Below are positions 26,209 through 29,134 of a stretch of DNA of 29,134 nucleotides, piece by piece; position 1 is the stretch's first letter; each line of letters starts with the position of its first letter. The DNA comes from an uncultured Candidatus Saccharibacteria bacterium. GTDB taxonomy: Bacteria; Patescibacteriota; Minisyncoccia; Phycocordibacterales; WO2-35-19. The notes beneath the pieces are model-generated. The model saw only the letters and a list, made by a program, of their open reading frames with translations, was not told where the DNA came from and ran no database searches. The position numbers and the translations under genes are program-made. The DNA lies in contig CAZRMR010000003.1 of NCBI GenBank assembly GCA_964601245.1, positions 1 through 29,134 of the forward strand, given 5' to 3'.

Positions 26209-26886
26209 TTATAATGTTTGATTTTTTATTTTTGAAATAGCTTCTTTTGGATCAATAGAATCAAATATAAAACTTCCTGAAACCAACCTAGAAACTCCCG
26301 CTTGTATAAGTTCTTTTGCTGTATTTTCATTTACTCCTATATCTATTTGTGTAGGAGTAAGAGGATATTTTTTTTTAAAATCTTTTATTTTTGTGATCAC
26401 AGATTTATCCAAATCTATGCCACTAAAACCAATTTTGTCGTTGCCCATAAACTGAACAAAGTCAACTTTTGAAATTAAATTTTCATAATCTTTTTCTTTT
26501 GAAGATGGGTTTATGCCGAGTCCTATTTCTAATTCTGTATTTTTAATAGATCTAATGCATTCTTCTGGATTATCAGTAGAACCAAGATGTATAACAAAAC
26601 TTTTTGCCCCTAGTGAAATAAAATCACTTATATAATCAAAAGGATCTAAAGTCATAAGATCTATTTCCATATTAAAATTATCGACAAACGGAAATTTTTC
26701 TTCTTCTCTCACCATCTTTATCATTTCTTCAAATTGGTTGCCATTGAATGGCCAAGTTTTTGTATGAGCATATTTGCCATCAATGATATCTATTTGAATT
26801 TTTTTAACTACTCCTAAAACTTTTATCAGTTTTTCTCTAATTGTATTTAAATCATGTGGGATTATGGCGGGTATTACCTCAATCAT
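26209..26886 (-). CDS. rpe: Ribulose-phosphate 3-epimerase (divergent)
   Basis: VIPAI, QIDIIDG, EIDLM, GLGINP, VQFMG, IDIGV, LVSGS; located between rpiB and tkt. Confidence 0.85.
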   Translation of the reverse strand: MIEVIPAIIPHDLNTIREKLIKVLGVVKKIQIDIIDGKYAHTKTWPFNGNQFEEMIKMVREEEKFPFVDNFNMEIDLMTLDPFDYISDFISLGAKSFVIHLGSTDNPEECIRSIKNTELEIGLGINPSSKEKDYENLISKVDFVQFMGNDKIGFSGIDLDKSVITKIKDFKKKYPLTPTQIDIGVNENTAKELIQAGVSRLVSGSFIFDSIDPKEAISKIKNQTL

Positions 26887-26890
26887 AATT

Positions 26891-27349
26891 TTATTGATTA
26901 TTTATTTTTTCTAACCTTCTTTTGTGTCTTTCTTCTTCTGAAAAAGGTGTTTCGAGCCAAATCTTTACAGCCTTTTTTGCTTCTTCAATTTCCAAAAATC
27001 TTGCTCCTAAAGATAATACATTTGAATCATTATGCTCTCTCGATAATTTAACTATTTCAAGATTACCTCCATAATATTCTGCTGATCTCACGTTTGGAAA
27101 TTTGTCTGCCACCATATCTTCTCCTTGACCACTACCTCCTAAAACTATTGCCCTTACCTCGTCCCCTGCAGATTTATCGGCTTCAGAGACTGCCTGTGCC
27201 GCTTTTTTTACAAACTCAGGATAATCATCTTCTGGGTTCATCTCAAACGCTCCACAATCTTCCACTTCAAAACCCAAATCCTTAACATATTCGATTAATG
27301 TATTCTTCATTTTAAACCCTGCATGATCTGAGGCAAAATATATTTTCAT
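26891..27349 (-). CDS. rpiB: Ribose-5-phosphate isomerase B (Cys-less GGSGxGE type, as in M. tuberculosis)
   Basis: ASDHAG, DDYP, LGGSGQGE, SREHNDSNVL, RHKRR. Confidence 0.95.
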   Translation of the reverse strand: MKIYFASDHAGFKMKNTLIEYVKDLGFEVEDCGAFEMNPEDDYPEFVKKAAQAVSEADKSAGDEVRAIVLGGSGQGEDMVADKFPNVRSAEYYGGNLEIVKLSREHNDSNVLSLGARFLEIEEAKKAVKIWLETPFSEEERHKRRLEKINNQ

Positions 27350-27360
27350 ATTAATATAAA

Positions 27361-28140
27361 TTATTTATCATTATCAACAAATGATTCATAAAGAGTAAGA
27401 ACCACAGCAGGACTTAATCCCATCCAGAACAATAACTCTTCAAAAGGAAACTCTAAACCAAAAAGATTAACCCAGCCAATATATTGCCCAGGGAAATACC
27501 ATTGTCCCAATTTCATAGCAGTAAGTTCATGAATCAAATAAAGCATAAAAAAGAATGCGCCTGTTTTTATAAACTTAATCAATAAATTTGGTCTCTTTTT
27601 TATTAAGAAAATAATAATCATTAATATTGGTAAAGATACCGATGTTGAATAAGCATATGGAAATAAAAGAAAATCCCTAGATACATATGAAAATAACAAG
27701 ACAATAATAAAAGTAAATGATGCTGGTATAAATATATATTTAAATCTTCTTGATAATTTATCTTTTCTGTCTCTTTCATAAAAATGTTCATAAAAAACTA
27801 GTATTGAAAGTGCCCAAAGAATAAACCATATAACTTCATCAACTGGCCAAAAACCAAATATTCTAAATTTAAATACCAATTGTTCACTTGGGACATACCA
27901 AGCATTATTTATAGTTGCAAATATATCAAAAATAAATCCAAATGACCCACCTATCAATAATGAACCACAGAAAACTTCCTTTATTGGCTTTTTCTTCCTC
28001 AAAAATAAGTAAATTGTAGGAACAACAAAAAATAATAAAGCAGAAGTTAAAGGTTTTACTTGAAAATAAATTATTATTGGAATAGAAATAAATATTATTG
28101 CCAATAAAACATAAAAATCTATACGAAGTGATTTATTCAT
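27361..28140 (-). CDS. Integral membrane protein with two lycopene-cyclase-like domains
   Basis: About 8 hydrophobic segments; repeated W...G..P.(D/E)E motif: AWY...FGFWPVDEVIWF and QWYF...FGLEFPFEELLFW. Confidence 0.7.
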   Translation of the reverse strand: MNKSLRIDFYVLLAIIFISIPIIIYFQVKPLTSALLFFVVPTIYLFLRKKKPIKEVFCGSLLIGGSFGFIFDIFATINNAWYVPSEQLVFKFRIFGFWPVDEVIWFILWALSILVFYEHFYERDRKDKLSRRFKYIFIPASFTFIIVLLFSYVSRDFLLFPYAYSTSVSLPILMIIIFLIKKRPNLLIKFIKTGAFFFMLYLIHELTAMKLGQWYFPGQYIGWVNLFGLEFPFEELLFWMGLSPAVVLTLYESFVDNDK

Positions 28141-28144
28141 ATTT

Positions 28145-29134
28145 TTATAAATATTTTCTTATTTTTAATACGTGTTTTATAAGGGTGGCTGTATATCCCA
28201 TTTCATTATCATACCAAGCGCAGACTTTGACTAAATTTTTATCGACTACACGGGTGAGGCCGAGGTCAGCAATAGACCCATAGAGAGAACCAATAATATC
28301 AGAAGACACAACAGGGTCTTTTACTGTCGTAAATATACCTTGCCATTTTTCTTCTTTTGAAGCTTCCTCCAAAACATAATTTATTTCCTCAACACTCGTT
28401 TCTCTTTTTGCAATAAAAGTGATATCAGCAATTGATCCGGAAATGACCGGTACTCTCATAGCCAAACCGTCAAACTTGCCATTCAAATCAGGGACAGCTT
28501 TTGTGACGGCTACAGCTGCTCCAGTTGAAGTGGGCACAATATTTGAAGCACCAGCTCTACCCTCTTTCCAATCTTTTTTGTTTGGTCCATCAACAATTGA
28601 TTGGCTTGCTGTATATCCGTGAACAGTATTTAAAATTGCTTTTTCTATACCTATCTTTTCATTTAAAATTTGAATGAGAGGAGCGGCGGCATTGGTAGTA
28701 CAAGAAGCATTTGAGCTTATGATGCTTTTCTCCAATTTCTCGTCGTTAATTCCCATGAGCACTGTTACATATTGTTCGTTGTCTTGACTGGCTTGCCCAC
28801 CCAAAACTTCACCCGAAGTTTTGGCGGGAGCGGTAATAACCACTTTTTTTGCTCCTGCGTCTATATGGGCTTTTGCTTTTTCAAAAGTGGTAAAAGCTCC
28901 AGTTGCTTCTATAACGACGTCAATATTTAAATCTTTCCAAGGTAAATTTATTGGATCTTTTTCGGATAAAAAATTTATTTTTTTGTTATCTATAATAAGC
29001 GAGCTTTTGTCTTCGCTCACAGAAATATTAAATCCGGAAATACCATAAGCGGTATCGTATTTTAAAAGATAAGCAATATTTTCAATATCACCAAGATCAT
29101 TTATTGCCAAAATTTCAATTTCTGGCTCATTTTT
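28145..29134 (-). CDS. gap: Type I glyceraldehyde-3-phosphate dehydrogenase (5' end outside the window)
   Basis: AINDL, VIEATG, SNASCTTN, HGYTASQ, PTSTGAA, AWYDNE; frame open to the window edge (KNEPEIEILAIND). Confidence 0.97.
   Translation of the reverse strand, partial: KNEPEIEILAINDLGDIENIAYLLKYDTAYGISGFNISVSEDKSSLIIDNKKINFLSEKDPINLPWKDLNIDVVIEATGAFTTFEKAKAHIDAGAKKVVITAPAKTSGEVLGGQASQDNEQYVTVLMGINDEKLEKSIISSNASCTTNAAAPLIQILNEKIGIEKAILNTVHGYTASQSIVDGPNKKDWKEGRAGASNIVPTSTGAAVAVTKAVPDLNGKFDGLAMRVPVISGSIADITFIAKRETSVEEINYVLEEASKEEKWQGIFTTVKDPVVSSDIIGSLYGSIADLGLTRVVDKNLVKVCAWYDNEMGYTATLIKHVLKIRKYL

Noticed and set aside
28700-28720. GAPDH ASCTTNAAAP lacking the second Cys
   Set aside because: The catalytic Cys and His are intact, and loss of the second Cys is a known tolerated variant.
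1307-29048. The many 60-117-aa ORFs antisense to or nested in housekeeping genes
   Set aside because: Phe/Leu/Ser-rich shadow frames typical of AT-rich coding DNA, with no independent signals.

Overview
AT-rich (about 30% GC) bacterial chromosome segment read with the standard bacterial code (TGA is a stop, e.g. for rnc). Gene content and compact protein forms point to Patescibacteria/CPR, most like Parcubacteria (inference). Most of the window is housekeeping: rnhB-rpmF-nusB-rnc, dnaE-thrS, gyrB, a one-subunit PheRS, rpmE-prfA, rpsB-tsf-tRNA-Thr, rplY, a coiled-coil lytic transglycosylase, and a sugar-phosphate cluster (gap, rpiB, rpe, split tkt, pfkB-family kinase, fba). Main items not explained by routine annotation: (1) a ~400-nt, ~55% GC, apparently pseudoknotted non-coding RNA with its own promoter and terminator (19484-19880, minus); (2) a ~125-nt promoter-bearing hairpin element with an 18-nt perfect complement of the canonical 16S rRNA 3' end and no start codon after it (24186-24311, minus); (3) an NlpC/P60 domain that appears inserted in a degenerate PheT B5 domain, encoded head-to-head with a mitochondrial-type monomeric PheRS; (4) a NusB-Nudix fusion; (5) inverted arrays of 7-10-nt units, one pair bracketing a four-helix-bundle pseudogene and an orphan RNA polymerase alpha-CTD-like gene. 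All calls come from reading motifs by eye; no database searches or folding programs were run.
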